The position numbers and the translations under genes were made by a program. The notes beneath the pieces were generated by a model that did not search any database, had not been told where the DNA came from, and saw nothing but the letters and a program-made list of their open reading frames with translations. A stretch of 63,805 nucleotides of DNA, counting the filler, from Octopus bimaculoides (lineage: Eukaryota), in the NCBI RefSeq assembly GCF_001194135.2. It is 6 parts of 6 records of this genome, joined end to end, with 100 filler letters (N's around TTAATTAATTAA, not from the genome) between each part and the next. Parts side by side here need not be neighbours in the genome. Positions count along the whole stretch, not along the records: positions 1 to 30,868 come from NC_068987.1; 5 more parts are not named here. One strand, written 5' to 3'. Position 1 is the stretch's first letter; every line of letters starts with the position of its first letter. Below, piece by piece: positions 1-13,400 of the stretch.

Positions 1-854
1 TTTTTCTTCAATGCTTGGTTCAAATGCTCTAATTGCTGACAGTAGACTTGAGTATTGATTGTTGCATTAGGTGGTAACAATTCAAAGTGAATTACTCCTT
101 TGCAATCCCACCAGATAGAGAGAAGAACCTTTTCCTCCATGAAGTTCCCTTCTCGGTTGTGGTTGAGCTTTTTCCCTTTTACCAAGCCACTATTTGCAAC
201 GTTTAACATTTCGATAGAAGACCCATTTTTCGTCACCAGTCAGAAGTCTATCCAAAAAGGGTGAAATGAGTTTGCGAGAATGGAGAGAAGAGCAGATGTC
301 AACTCGTGATTTGTGGTTGCTTTCGGACAATTCATGAGGCATCCATTTTCCAAGTTTAGGGACCTTTCCAAGTTGATGAAGATGACGATGAACAATTGTA
401 TGGTTTCAACTAAGCTTTATTGCCAATTCTTCAACTGATAAGGCAGGGTTTTCATCAAGTAATGCCTCAAGGAGCTTATCATCAAACTCAACTGGACGTC
501 CTGTTCGGTGTTCATATTCAAGGCTGAAATCACCACTTCTGAATTTTGCAAACCATCTTCTGCAAGTTCTTTCATTCAAGCATTCTTTCCCATAAACTTC
601 GACTGCAGAGTTTCCTTTTTTGTACTCATAAAGAATTATGTGCCTCAAATGCCCTTTGGATACTTCCATGTTAGAAAGGGTTTTAATCAAAGAAATTTTA
701 ATTCTGTTATTCTGTAAAATAATATTTAATTAGTTTAAATGTACACACATGCATAAAAATAACTATTTATTCCATTAGACAATCTAAAATACTATTAAAT
801 TTCATTCAATTTTTAAAAAGGTAAAATCGGACAGAACTTTGGGATGACCTGATA
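1..854 (-). mobile_element. Mariner (Tc1/mariner) transposon remnant, 5' half; continues off the left edge
   Basis: ORF 406-690 gives a mariner HTH region (LRHIILYEYKKG...TCRRWFAKFRSGDFSLE...GRP). TGDEKW is on the minus strand near 222-240. A TIR-like end (cggacagaactttgggatgacctga, 828-852) is followed by TA. Confidence 0.85.
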
Positions 855-856
855 TA

Positions 857-925
857 TAGGCGCAGGAGTGGCTTTGTGGTAAAAAGCTTGCTTTCCAACT
901 ACATGATTCTGAGTTCAGTCCAACC
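857..925 (+). mobile_element. tRNA-derived SINE head (family B, ggcgcaggagtggctgtgtggtaag type), truncated
   Basis: Same A-box/B-box head as copies at 34454, 42454 and 50410. Confidence 0.7.
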
Positions 926-951
926 TCTCATAACCTCTCTCTCTATATATA

Positions 952-2218
952 TTGGGTTGGAAACTAAGTTCCTGCCGTTTTTTAAATTTTGGAATTTATT
1001 GCATTTTTAAATTTTGGAATCTATTTTTTTCGAGAATTCTATTTTTGAATCATTTTGAAATCTATTTTGTGATTTTTTTCAAGTTAATTTTAACTAATTT
1101 TTGTTTATTTACAGATCGTTAAAATAGAACGTCAAGTTAAGAAAAACGAGCATTTTCGACACCTCTTTCTTTTTGCTTTTAATCAGGGTTCTAAGGCCGC
1201 AAAGCTGCTCGCGACATTTGTGCTGTGTATGGAGAGGGTGCCATAGCTGAAAGAACCGCTCGTGATTGGTATACCAAGTTCAAAAATGGATATTTTGCCC
1301 TCAAAGACGCACCTCGTTCTGGCTGTCCAGTTGAGTTCGATGAAGAGCGATTAAACCAACTTCTGCACGAAAATTCTCGTCAAACGACAAGGGAACTGGC
1401 AGAGAAAATGGAATGCTCCCATACTCCTATAGAGAAGCATCTTCACTCGATGGGAAAGGTTCAGAAGTATGGAGCATGGGTTCCGCATGCTTTAAGTGGC
1501 AACAACAAAAATCAACGAGCCACAATCTCCACTGGTTTGCTTGCTCATCACCGCTCAACTCATGGACACAAGCAACGATTTCTTTACCAAATCGTTACTG
1601 GTGATGAAAAATGGTGCCTGTACATCAATACGAAGCAGCGTAAGGAGTGGCTTAGCCCCGGTAAACAAGAAACACCGCGCATGAAACAAGATCTTCACCT
1701 GCGTAAAACGATGTTGTGCGTATGGCGGGACTGGAAAGGGATTATCCATTATGAATTGCTTGAACGGAACCAAACAGTCAACGTAGAACTTCATGTTCAA
1801 CAGATGGAATGACGCAACATGGCTATTCAAGAGAAAAGACCTAATCGTCAGCATGGAGTTCTTCTGCTGCATGACAACGCCCGCCCTCATAACACCAATA
1901 TGACCAAGGAAGCCATTCAAACGCATGGCTGGGAAGTGCTGACGCACTCTCCGTACTCTCCTGATATGGCATCAATGGATTTCCACCTCTTTCGATCTCT
2001 TTCAAATGCTATGCGCGGAGTTTCGTTCAATACTGATGCAGAATTGAGAGCTTGGTTGAATTAATTTTTTGAGTCAAAATCGGGTGATTTCTACCAACGA
2101 AGTATTGAAAATCTTGTTGAACGTTGGGAAGAAGTTGTAAACAACAAGGGTGAATATATTATTGATTAATTAATTGTTATTTTTTATTAAACTTTTTCAA
2201 AAATTTAAATTTAAAAAA
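952..2218 (+). mobile_element. Near full-length mariner transposon (DD34D), inactive
   Basis: TA followed by TIR ttgggttggaaactaagttcctgccg at 952. Its reverse complement matches the 3' TIR of the copy ending at 56454. The right TIR falls in the gap starting at 2219. Confidence 0.92.
1124..2169 (+). pseudogene. Mariner transposase pseudogene
   Basis: WVPHAL, TGDEKW, HDNARPH and YSPDMASMDFHLF motifs. Start codon reads ATA, frameshift near 1200, in-frame stops at 1810 and 2062. Confidence 0.9.
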
Positions 2219-2559
2219 NNNNNNNNNNNNNNNNNNNNNNNNNNNNNNNNNNNNNNNNNNNNNNNNNNNNNNNNNNNNNNNNNNNNNNNNNNNNNNNNNN
2301 NNNNNNNNNNNNNNNNNNNNNNNNNNNNNNNNNNNNNNNNNNNNNNNNNNNNNNNNNNNNNNNNNNNNNNNNNNNNNNNNNNNNNNNNNNNNNNNNNNNN
2401 NNNNNNNNNNNNNNNNNNNNNNNNNNNNNNNNNNNNNNNNNNNNNNNNNNNNNNNNNNNNNNNNNNNNNNATATATATATATATATATATACATGATGGT
2501 TGTCCACTCATGACCGAGGAAAACCATTACTGACCTTTAGGAACATTGTGCATTCAAGA

Positions 2560-5500
2560 CTATCTTATACTTAACACTTGCGGCTCCATTGGTGATTAAC
2601 AAGCCCAGCTATTGATAAACATACACAAGGGCAAACATTGCAGACCAAGCTTTCTCCATTCATTGCACTAGCAGTGTGCTTTCGAGCAACATACTTAAAT
2701 TCTTGAAAAATATGTGCTCTTTCAAAGGTATTGGTTTCCTCCAGCTGTGATGATGACAAGCATTGCTCTCCCAGTCAACCTCCTGCATTTCATAGGCCTT
2801 TAACGAGAACTTTACAGTCCTTAAATTGTAGTCTTGGCTTCTTCCAGGTCTTTTTCCACTAAGACGTTTCCCATATAGCATCTGTTTAGGGATCCTGCTA
2901 TCATTCATTTTAACAACGTAATTGGTGTCTGTGCACCTTTGCTTCAATCCTCAAGATTTCGGATTTTCTCAGGACCTGTGCAGTTGGAGTTTTTAAGGTC
3001 CAGCCAACATTCAGAATGTGTCTCAGACATCTCTGATAAAAGTGTTCAAGGACCGTTAGATGAAGTTTGTAAAGGGTCCATGTCTCACATGAGTAAACGA
3101 GTGATGTCAGTTGACATGCATGACACACAGCAATTTTTGCTCGCTTTGTGATGCCATGTTGGGACCAGATTCAAGAGACCTGAAGGAATCAGTTGCTCTC
3201 TGCAGCCTGAAATATATTTCAACGTCCAGGGAGCAAGAACGGTAGAGTGTGCTGCTCAAGTAGACAAACTTGTCTACTACTTACAGTATTGTTCCTTCAA
3301 CCAAGGTAAATGATTCCACATATGGGTTTCCTGGTGCAAGCTGGAACATTACAGCAATCTTGTCCAGGGTAATGCTGAGTCCAAATGCCTTGCAAGAAGC
3401 AGAAATATGATTCACAAGTATTTGCATATTATCTGCTGTATGAGTGACTAAGTCACAGTCATCTGCATAAAGGAGGTCACAAATAAGATACTGGAAAACG
3501 TTTGAATTGGCAGCAAATTGACACAGGTTAAAACGATGGCCAGAAGATCGATACCTAACATATATCCCAGGAGAGCTGTCCACAGTAAAAGCATGACTAA
3601 GAGTAACAGCAAAGTACAGAAAAAAGAGAATTGGGGCAAGGATGTCACCCTGCTTGACACCATTCTCTACAGGAATGAGTCCCAACATGCTACCACTAAC
3701 ACTGACCCAAGCCTCTATCCCATCATGAAATAATTTGATTATTGATACAAAGTGATCTGGATATCCAAATTTGCCAAGTATTTTCCATAGGGAGGTCCTA
3801 TTCACAATATCAAAGGCCTTGGTTAAATCAATAAATACCTGGACAAGATCCATATTCTGCTCACTTTTCTAGTCCTTAGGCATTGCACCATCCCTCTAGA
3901 TTACACTAAATAAGTTCATGAAGAGACTGTGTGATATGATCACCACCAAATCGCAAGACCTCAGCACAAATACCATCCTTACCAGGTGCTTTACCATAAT
4001 TCAATTTACTTATTGCCGTCATTACCTCATCTATTGAGGGCGTGAAATTTAAGGAGCTAATTACAGGTATTTGTTGCATAGTGTCAATCACTGCTTCGTC
4101 CACAACTGACTCACAGTTTAGGAGTTCAGAAAAATGTTCAATCTAGAGACCCATGATCTCTGTTGATTTAGTAAACAGAGTAGAGGACTCCTTGGAAAGC
4201 AAAGGAGCTGATACAGAGTTGTTAGGCCCATAAACTTGCTACATTTTATGGTAAAACTTCTTGCTGTCATTTGCATCAGCAGCAGCCTGAACATCATGAG
4301 CAAGATTCTCCCACCAGGTGTTCTGCATCTTCCTGAGAGATCGCTGCAGTAGTGAATTTACACTGTTGTAGTGGGCAAGTGCTAGATTTCACTGCACAAC
4401 TGAAAGGCCTCTGTGCAGTAATACAGTGGGCATGGTGCTTTATGACCAGCAGTCGCTGAACTTCAGCATCATTTTCATCAAACCAGTCTCTGTGTCTGGC
4501 AGTAGCATATCTTAATGTTTCAGCTGCACATTGAAAATCTTGGATTCAAAAATCTTCCCATGCTGTAGTATTTTCAATGCTGGATAAACCATTCTGAAGC
4601 TCTTTCTTCACAACAGCATCATACATCTTATGAATATTCAGATGCCAAGGAATGCCAACTGGCCCTCCACTTTCTTTCATTCTGATCATCATCCAGAACT
4701 TAGCTTGCACCAGGCTGTGGCCCATCCAGCACTCCAAACCATGAAAGGATTTGACATTACAAATGTCTTAGATGTCACAATTGCGAATGATGACATAATC
4801 CAGCAAATGCCAAACTTTAGATCTTGGGTGCATCCACATTGTCGTGTGATCACCTCTGCATAAAATGAGTATTTACAATGTAAACTCCGTATTCCTCACA
4901 AAGCTCCAGAAGCATGAGACTATTGCTATTCATCTTCCTTATGCTAAAACATCCAAAAGAGTTCCATGTCTGCCAATTTGTTCCAACCCTGGCATTGAAA
5001 TCCCCCAGTAAAATGACTATCAGAATTGGGGATTTTCCCTAAGTATGGCTCTCAGCTGGTTATAGGAAATAGTTTTATCTTCATCACAACTGGTCAAAGT
5101 AGGTGCATAGCAAACTGCCCACCTCTTAGTCATTAGATGTTCCTATAGGAACAAGAAGCTTCTCCAACTTCTTAAGGATTTCAGATCGACCTGCAAAGCC
5201 AAAACAGCCTCTCTGCACTCTTCCTTTGGTTTCCCCTTTCAGAAAAAGGTGTATCCACCTCCTACTTCCTCAAGCTGACCATCACCTTCTGCACAAGTCT
5301 CTGAAAGTGCAGCTATATCAGTGTTATAACGGTTCAACTCATGTGCAACAAGTGCAGTGCATCTTTCAGGCCTACAGTCACTCTTGTTATCCAACAGAAT
5401 GCGCATATTCCAACATGAAATATTCAAGTTCCAACCAGATTTTATAAGTATTCTCTTTGCTTTTCGAGCACAGGATGGACATCCATCAGTTGCGCTAAAC

Positions 5501-6310
5501 TGATCTGATAGAGAAAGACAAGTAAGTTTTTGGTTCACCTTTTCTAGAACCTCCCCGGTCTCCGGGTGAGCAGTGCCTTCTCCAAATGGAGTTGCTCAGA
5601 CACCCATGCAGTGACCAAATCCCACCACTGTCTTGGAAGGAATGACTTTATATCTAACATGGGCCACCTACGTGCAGGTCACTGATTACATGCTTCCAAC
5701 CCATCAGGTCTGCATGCTTTGCCACCTTCTCATCGCCACAGGACTTCCAAATAAAAATATATATGAATATATATCTAAAAAGAAAAAAGAGAAGCAATGC
5801 ACATGTAAAGGAAAATGTCAATAATGCTTGTGCACGTCACCTCATAGCCCCTCTCCACTCTATTGACATTGTCCAGAGACAACCCAAGCCAAGATGTCTG
5901 GTGCCAATATGAGTTGCAGGCTCAGGGATGTGGGATAAGCAAAAGATCCTCAAAATGTCAATGCCATTCCCTGCATATTTGGTTTTATATCAGAATAGCC
6001 TTCTCCTAGGGACATGCTTCAATAAGAGCTAAGGGGCACCTCACTCCCAGGGGTCTTCCAGCATGCCAGACACCATCCTGGAATGTCTGCATGCCCGTGC
6101 TATTGCTAGATAATCATCGAACCTGCACTAGGTTCATCTGGCCTTTTAACAGGTCTTGTTTTTTAGTCCTGCTGGGTTTCTAACAACCCACCTCACCAGG
6201 CTAGCCTGGTGGGGGTGCCGGTTTAGTCACCGACAACCCAATCATACAGCAGGTTGTACTGGGTTCCATGTTACCAGTAGTACTCATGTGAGCCTCACAA
6301 GTGACCTGAC
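2560..6310 (-). mobile_element. Decayed near full-length RTE-clade (BovB-like) LINE including 5' UTR
   Basis: APE N-terminus (NISCWNMRILLD...RPERCTALVAHELNRYNTDIAALSET, 5239-5538); RT motifs FIDLTKAFD, GVKQGDILAP, LYADD (3281-3853); SCETWTLY; C-terminal Cys/His knuckle (2571-2759). Many stops and frameshifts. Confidence 0.9.
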
Positions 6311-6576
6311 ATAATACACACACACACACATCTTTTAAATTTGTTTATATATATGTGTGTACACACGTACACACACACATTTATAGGAAGTTAATTATAT
6401 GGCCAGTCATAGAGTGACCAATGGCTTTGCATCCATGAAGTGCTTAGCCTTATAGACAGCTTGTTAGACACCAATGACCACAGGCATATAACTTCTTTTC
6501 AAAATGGAGATAAAAATTATGGTCAGTTAATTTTATAAATAAAAATATGTTGTCTGATTTGGGACTGGTTATCATG

Positions 6577-6690
6577 CTTAGATTGGTTCCAGTCAGCAAA
6601 TTGTTTTATGGCCCTAATCAATGAATGGGGAATCCCTGCCCTTAGATCGGTTCCAGGCAGCAAACTTTTTATGGCCCAATCAATGAACGG
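6577..6690. repeat. Two-copy ~50-bp direct repeat
   Basis: cttagattggttccagtcagcaaa...caatgaatgg (6577-6628) versus cttagatcggttccaggcagcaaa...caatgaacgg (6641-6690). Confidence 0.8.
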
Positions 6691-6729
6691 TAGTTAGCAT
6701 TTAAAATGCAGACAAGGATTAAAGATTGT

Positions 6730-6905
6730 CTTTCTGAAATTTTAGAAGGTTCCCAGGTCAAATGAGTCTTTTAAGAACTTTGTCCATTCTGCTATGCAAA
6801 GCTTGCATTGTCTGTTCACATTTATGTAGGACCCCAGCTGTTCCAGAAGCCTCGATTTAATTGCATATGGAGTTCCTTCATCCTTAGGGTGCATTATTTT
6901 CAAGC
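6730..6905 (-). mobile_element. Inverted 3' fragment (GIY-YIG end) of a Penelope-like element
   Basis: Its reverse complement aligns with 8846-8996 (aaggatgaagg...gcaattaaat...cagacaa...caagctttgcatagcaga). Confidence 0.8.
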
Positions 6906-7049
6906 TAAATTTCTGTAAGTCCTCTTGCTCTTTTCAATGCAAACTCCATGCTGACATACAACAGCTAAAAACTTTGATAGTTCTTTACTCTTCTCTGACA
7001 AAACTAAAAAACTATATAGGATAGATACACACACATACAATAGACTTTC

Positions 7050-8998
7050 AGATGATAACATAACACAGAAGTATAGGTGTGCTTCCCCTCACACATACAA
7101 CAACGTTAACAGTGAAGCCAAACAGTTAACCAACAACCTAGGTGTAGCTGACAGGGTAGAAATATTAGTGAAAAGGAATGCCTTCATCACCATCAAGGAC
7201 CATAAACCGAACTTTGCCTCTGACACCAAGTGCTGCCTGTTCAACTCAGCCAAATCCGAGATCAGTCTGGCAAGCAAATATATAATAAGGAAAATCAATG
7301 ATGACCTAAGGAGAGCCTCCAACCTCTCCGTAGGGCACACCAATGAAGTAATTTCATGGTTTAATGTCAACCAGGAGAGAGGGTAGAGCAAGGTTCACCC
7401 AATTTGACATAGTCGACTTTTACCCATCTATACTGAAAGGGTTACCATCTATATTGAAAGGGTCAAGGCATTTTCCTTTGCTGACTTTAGTGATAGTGAC
7501 ATTGAAGTTATTATGCATGCCAAGAAAATGGTGCTGTTTAACAAAGGTTCAACCTGGAATAAACAAACTGACCCCATGGGCTCCTTTGATGTGACAATGG
7601 GAGCCTACGACAGTGTTAGCATTGTGACTTCATTGGACTATATATCCTAGACACCTTAATGAAGAGGCTCCCTTCAGTTCTCTTTGATCTCTACCGAGAT
7701 GACTCTCTGGCCTTTACTAGAGGAGCTAATGGGGACACCCTTGGTAGACTTAGGAAGGATGTGGCTAGTACCCTGGGCTCCATTGGGAGTCAAAATAACA
7801 ATTGAGACCAACCTGGTCATCATAAACTTCTTAGATGTCATACTAGACTTATGCTCTGGTTCATACAGGCCTTACCTCAAATCAACAAGAGACTGTTCTA
7901 CATCATCATACTCTCCTGCTACCCACCCATCATGTTCATGGACCTATTGAAGGGTATCAGCAAGAGGATCTTGAACCTATCCTCGAATCAAGTGATTTGA
8001 CGACATGACCCCCTATCACAATGAGACCCTGGTGTCCAGTCAGTTTAAGGACCACATCTATATACTGGGCCCTAGCACCCACAGAAGGAAGCATCACTGG
8101 AAGGTCATTTGGTTTGCCTCACCCTTCTCTTTCAACATTAAAACTTGTGTGGGAAGGAGATTCTTTAGGTTAGTGGACAAGCACTTCATGCAGTTACACA
8201 GGTACAGATGTTTGTTCAATAGGCACAACCTAAGTATCTCCTTTAGTTGTGTGCCCAACATTAAAAAAATTTAAGTGAACATCCATAAAATGCAAGAAGA
8301 GACCAAATGCTTGTGCAGGGAGTACAATGACTGCCCAGCAAGAGGCCAATGCCAGGCCAAGGAAGTTGTATATGAGGCTGTGGTGGTAACTAGCTCTAAC
8401 AACTAGAATAATAGCAGCAGCAGCAGTATGTCCAGCAACAATAATGACAGTAGCAGTAGCAACACATCAAATAGTAGAAAAACCAGCACCAACACCAACA
8501 ACTACAACTACAACACCAACACTAATACTGTGACTGGAGATGACTACTACACCAGCAACTGCAGAACTACTAGTTTCACACCCAGAAATAACAACAGTGA
8601 CTGCATATGTCAGCAACAACAGCACTGACAGCAGTACAGTAGCTCCAGCAACAGCAGCAGCAACAACAGCAACAACATCAGACCTGGGGCCAACAGAAGA
8701 AGCACCAGTGGTGATGACACAACCAACAAGCAAGTTTGAAGATACATCGGTTGAACTGGAACTGCCTCTAAGCAACACCTGTACAACCAGAGGTCATCTT
8801 TTAGGATTCTGGAAGGGTGTTATGTCACGTCCCTGGCCAGCCAGGTGTGGCACCTTAAGGATGAAGGGACTCAACACGCAATTAAATGGAGGCTCCTGGA
8901 ACAACTTGGGCCCTATATAAATGGGAGCAGACAATACAAGCTTTGCATAGCAGAGCAGGCAACAATCCTAAAAGACTCACTTGACTCAGGGACCCTTT
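7050..8998 (+). mobile_element. Decayed Penelope-like retroelement (RT plus C-terminal GIY-YIG)
   Basis: AFITIKDHKPNF, FTQFDIVDFYPSI, FDVTMGAYD, NFLDVILDL, WKVIWFASPFS, then VVYEAVV...RYIG...VWHLKDEG...IKWRLL...YKLCIAE. Multiple stops and frameshifts. Confidence 0.88.
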
Positions 8999-9449
8999 NN
9001 NNNNNNNNNNNNNNNNNNNNNNNNNNNNNNNNNNNNNNNNNNNNNNNNNNNNNNNNNNNNNNNNNNNNNNNNNNNNNNNNNNNNNNNNNNNNNNNNNNNN
9101 NNNNNNNNNNNNNNNNNNNNNNNNNNNNNNNNNNNNNNNNNNNNNNNNNNNNNNNNNNNNNNNNNNNNNNNNNNNNNNNNNNNNNNNNNNNNNNNNNNNN
9201 NNNNNNNNNNNNNNNNNNNNNNNNNNNNNNNNNNNNNNNNNNNNNNNNNNNNNNNNNNNNNNNNNNNNNNNNNNNNNNNNNNNNNNNNNNNNNNNNNNNN
9301 NNNNNNNNNNNNNNNNNNNNNNNNNNNNNNNNNNNNNNNNNNNNNNNNNNNNNNNNNNNNNNNNNNNNNNNNNNNNNNNNNNNNNNNNNNNNNNNNNNNN
9401 NNNNNNNNNNNNNNNNNNNNNNNNNNNNNNNNNNNNNNNNNNNNNNNNN

Positions 9450-9480
<31 letters not shown>

Positions 9481-9591
9481 AACACACACGCATATTGTAT
9501 TATACAGACAAGAAAGTAATATTTCAAATGCAGTATAGCAGTGAAAACAGCAGAAAGATTAGGTATTATTACCCTTATAAGACAGAGAAAA

Positions 9592-9673
9592 GTTGTCAAC
9601 CATGGGACTTGAACCCACAATCCTGGATACCAGCTGAATACTCAACCATTAAGTTAAACTGCCCATTGACAAC
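9592..9673 (-). pseudogene. Decayed tRNA-like sequence or SINE head
   Basis: Minus strand has TAACTTAATGGTTGAG (A-box-like) and GGGTTCAAGTCCC (T-arm/B-box); anticodon stem mismatched; bracketed by gttgtcaa/ttgacaac. Confidence 0.45.
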
Positions 9674-10483
9674 AATCTCCATCAAATTAAGTGCTAAATA
9701 CATAGCTTTTGGAATGTGCCACAACAACATACATAAACAAACTATCATTTTTTTTTATGTTGACAACTTTTTTCCATCTTATATGGGTAATAATATTCAA
9801 TCTTTCAGCTGTTTTCATGGCTATACTGCATTCAAAATATTACCTTCTTGTCTATATAATATGATACACATTTGACATTTTTAAAGAAAATAAAATAAGT
9901 TTGTTTACACATATTGTTATTGCATATACATACGTACATCCATCCATCCATCCATCCATCCATACATACATATAACAAGAGATAAAAGGGATAAATAAAA
10001 CCAGGCAAATATCTAGAAAGCACTCAGTTTTAGGTGAACCTGGTTAACTATATTGAGCAAACAGATACCAATAAATTCAAATAGAATTAACATCCAAGGT
10101 AATTACTCATGTATGTAAATCCAAATATCACTTAGAAAAATTTCAAGAAATCTAGAGTATATAGCAACATGAACAACAATGGGGAAAATCACATCCTTAA
10201 TTGATGATTATACCATACATTACCAATGACTGCTTTTACTCTGCCAGCATGCATATTATATATATAGAAAAAAGGTACAAAATAACAACCAAACCAATAT
10301 ATCCAAAATTTCATGCTAATACAATGTTATGAAGGTAACCAAAAGCAGGTGAAATCCAAAGTGAATCGAAATAATATCTATAATGCATGAATGCATAGAA
10401 AATGAATGTTAAGAAGAAATATAATATTCTGAGAGAAGCCAGTATAAAGTTTAAAACTTATGATGATGATGATCATCATCATC

Positions 10484-13400
10484 ATCGTTTAACGTCCGCT
10501 TTTCAAGCTAGCATGGGTTGGACGATTTGACTGAGGACTGGTGAACCAGATGGCTACACCAGGCTCCAATCTGATTTGGCAGAGTTTCTACAGCTGGATG
10601 CCCTTTCTAACGCCAAACACTCAGAGAGTGTAGTGGGTGCTTTTATGTGCCACCGGCACGAAAGCCAGTCAGGAGGTACTGGCAACGGCCATGCTCAAAA
10701 TGGTGTATTTTACGTGTCACCTGCACAGGAGCCAGTCCAGCGGTATTGGTAACCAACTCACTTGAATGTCTTTTCACGTGCCAGGAAGGCGACATTGGTA
10801 ACGGTCACACTCAAATGGTGCTATTTATGTGCCACCGGCATGAAAGCCAGACAGCTGGTGCTCTGGCAACGATCAAGCTTGGACGGTGCTCTTAGTGATT
10901 TACTGGTACTGGTGCCATCACGATTTCGCTTTCGCTTGCCCCAACAGGTCTTCGCAAGCCGAGTTTAGTGTTCAATGAAGACGTTGGCATGGGTGCTAGT
11001 CTACAAATTTAGTTCGATTTCGATTTCACTTGCCTCAACAGGTCTTTCCAAGTGGAGTTTAGTGTCCAATGAAGGAATGTTACGCATAAGTGGGCTGGCT
11101 ACATCCCTGGCAGAGGCCTTGGATTTTGGTCTCACTTGGCTTGCTGGGTCTTCTCACGCACAGTATATTTCCAAAGGTCTTGGTCAGAAGTCATTGCCTC
11201 AGTGAGGCCTAAAGTTCGGAGGTCGTGCTTCACCTCCTCATCCCAGGTCTTCCTGGGCCTGCTTCTTCCATGGGTTCCCTCAACCACTAGGCTGTGGCAC
11301 TTTTTCACACAGCTATCCTCGTCCATTCTCGCCACATGTCTATACCAGCACAATCGTCTCTCTTGCACACCACAACTGATGCTTCTTAGGTTCAACTTTT
11401 CTCTCAAGATACTTACACTCTGTCGGGTATGCACACTGACATTACTCATCCATCGGAGCATACTGGCTTCATTCCTTGTGAGCTTACGCATGTCCTTAGC
11501 AGTCAAGGCCCATGTTTCACTTCCATGTAGCATGGCTATTCGTACACATGCATCATACAGTCTGCCTTTTACTCTGTGCGAGAGGCCCTTTGTCGCCAGC
11601 AGAGGTAAGAGCTCTCTGAACTTTGCCCAGGCTATTCTTATTCTAGCAGCTACACTTTCAGCGCACCCACCCCTACTACAAACTTGGTCACCCAGATATT
11701 GGAAGCTATCAACTACCTCTAATTTTTCTCTCTGNNNNNNNNNNNNNNNNNNNNNNNNNNNNNNNNNNNNNNNNNNNNNNNNNNNNNNNNNNNNNNNNNN
11801 NNNNNNNNNNNNNNNNNNNNNNNNNNNNNNNNNNNNNNNNNNNNNNNNNNNNNNNNNNNNNNNNNNNNNNNNNNNNNNNNNNNNNNNNNNATTTTCAGTG
11901 TTTATTGCACCTGAACATCTGCCACATACAAAAACTTACTTCCTAGTTAACCTGCCTTTGATATTGCTGCACTTCTTATGTGTCCATAGCTTGCACTGGG
12001 TACATCTTATAGAATTTCTACCTACACCTTTTCTACAGATCGAGCAGGGCCATCTACCTGAAAGGGTCTGTGTTTTGTCTACCTTCCTACTTATTAGAAC
12101 TTTGGTTTTATCTAAGTTGACCCTAAGGCCCTTAAATTCTAGTCCCTGCTTCCACACATGAAACTTATCCTCTAGTTCTGATAGTGATTCAGCAATTAGT
12201 GCAAAGTCATCAGCATAGAGGAGCTCCCAGGGGCATCCTGTCTTGAATTCCTCTGTTATCGCCTGGAGGACTATGATAAATAGGAGGGGGCTGAAGACAG
12301 AACCTTGGTGGACCTCTACCTCTACCAAGAATTCTTCACTGTACTCATTGCCAACCCTCACCTTACTGACAGCATCCCTGTACATGGCTCGCACAGCTCT
12401 CACTAACCATTCTTCTATCCCTAGTTTCCTCATTGACCACCAGATAAGGGATCGGGGGACCCTGTCAAAGGCTTTCTCCATGTCAACGAAAGCCAGGTAC
12501 AGAGGTTTATCCTTGGCTAGGTATTTCTCCTGCAGCTGTCTTACCAGAAATATAGCATCAGTGGTGCTTTTCCCTGGCATGAACCCAAACTGCATCTCAT
12601 CTAAGCTGATTCACTTCTTAATTAGTTGGGCTATGACCCTCTCCGTGACTTTCATTACCTGATCCAACAACTTGATACCTCTGCAATTATTTGTATCTAA
12701 GGCGTCACCTTTACCTTTGTAACAATTGACTATGGTGCTGCTACACCAGTCATTGTGTATGACTCCTTCGTGTATCACCTGGTTAACAATATGGGTGACT
12801 AGGCTATAGCCGAAACTGCCAGATATTTTGAGCATCTCTGCAGTGATTCCTGATGGGCCGGGGGCTTTCCCTGTCTTCATACTCATAATTGCTTTATCTA
12901 CCAAGGAACTGTCAACTCGGATAGCTGGTCCCTCTGTTGGGTCGACATACTGCAGACTCTCTTTCTCCCATTCATTCTCTTTATTGAGCAATCTTTCATA
13001 GTGGCGTCTCCAAACCTCTTTCTTTGCAGCTTCATTTAGAGCAAGTGTACCATCATCCATGCGAACACATTTCTCTCCTATGACATCAAGATTCTCTCTC
13101 ACATACTGTCTTGCAACATGAAATACTTCAAGTCTTTGGTCCTCACGGCGCAGAACATTTGCAAACGTTTTCTTATCTGCTTCCCCTCTGGCTAGATAAA
13201 CCTGTCTCCTAGCTTCCCTTCTAGCAGTCTGATACAATTACCTGCTACCTCCATTCTTCCAGTCCTTCCAGGCCTGCTTCTTTTGTCTGATAGCCCTGTC
13301 AACCACACTGTTCCACCACCAAGTTACTTTGGGTCGATAGGGGACTGTACACCAGCCACAGATCTGGTCAGTGGCACTCAGTAGGTTGTCCCGTAGGAAC

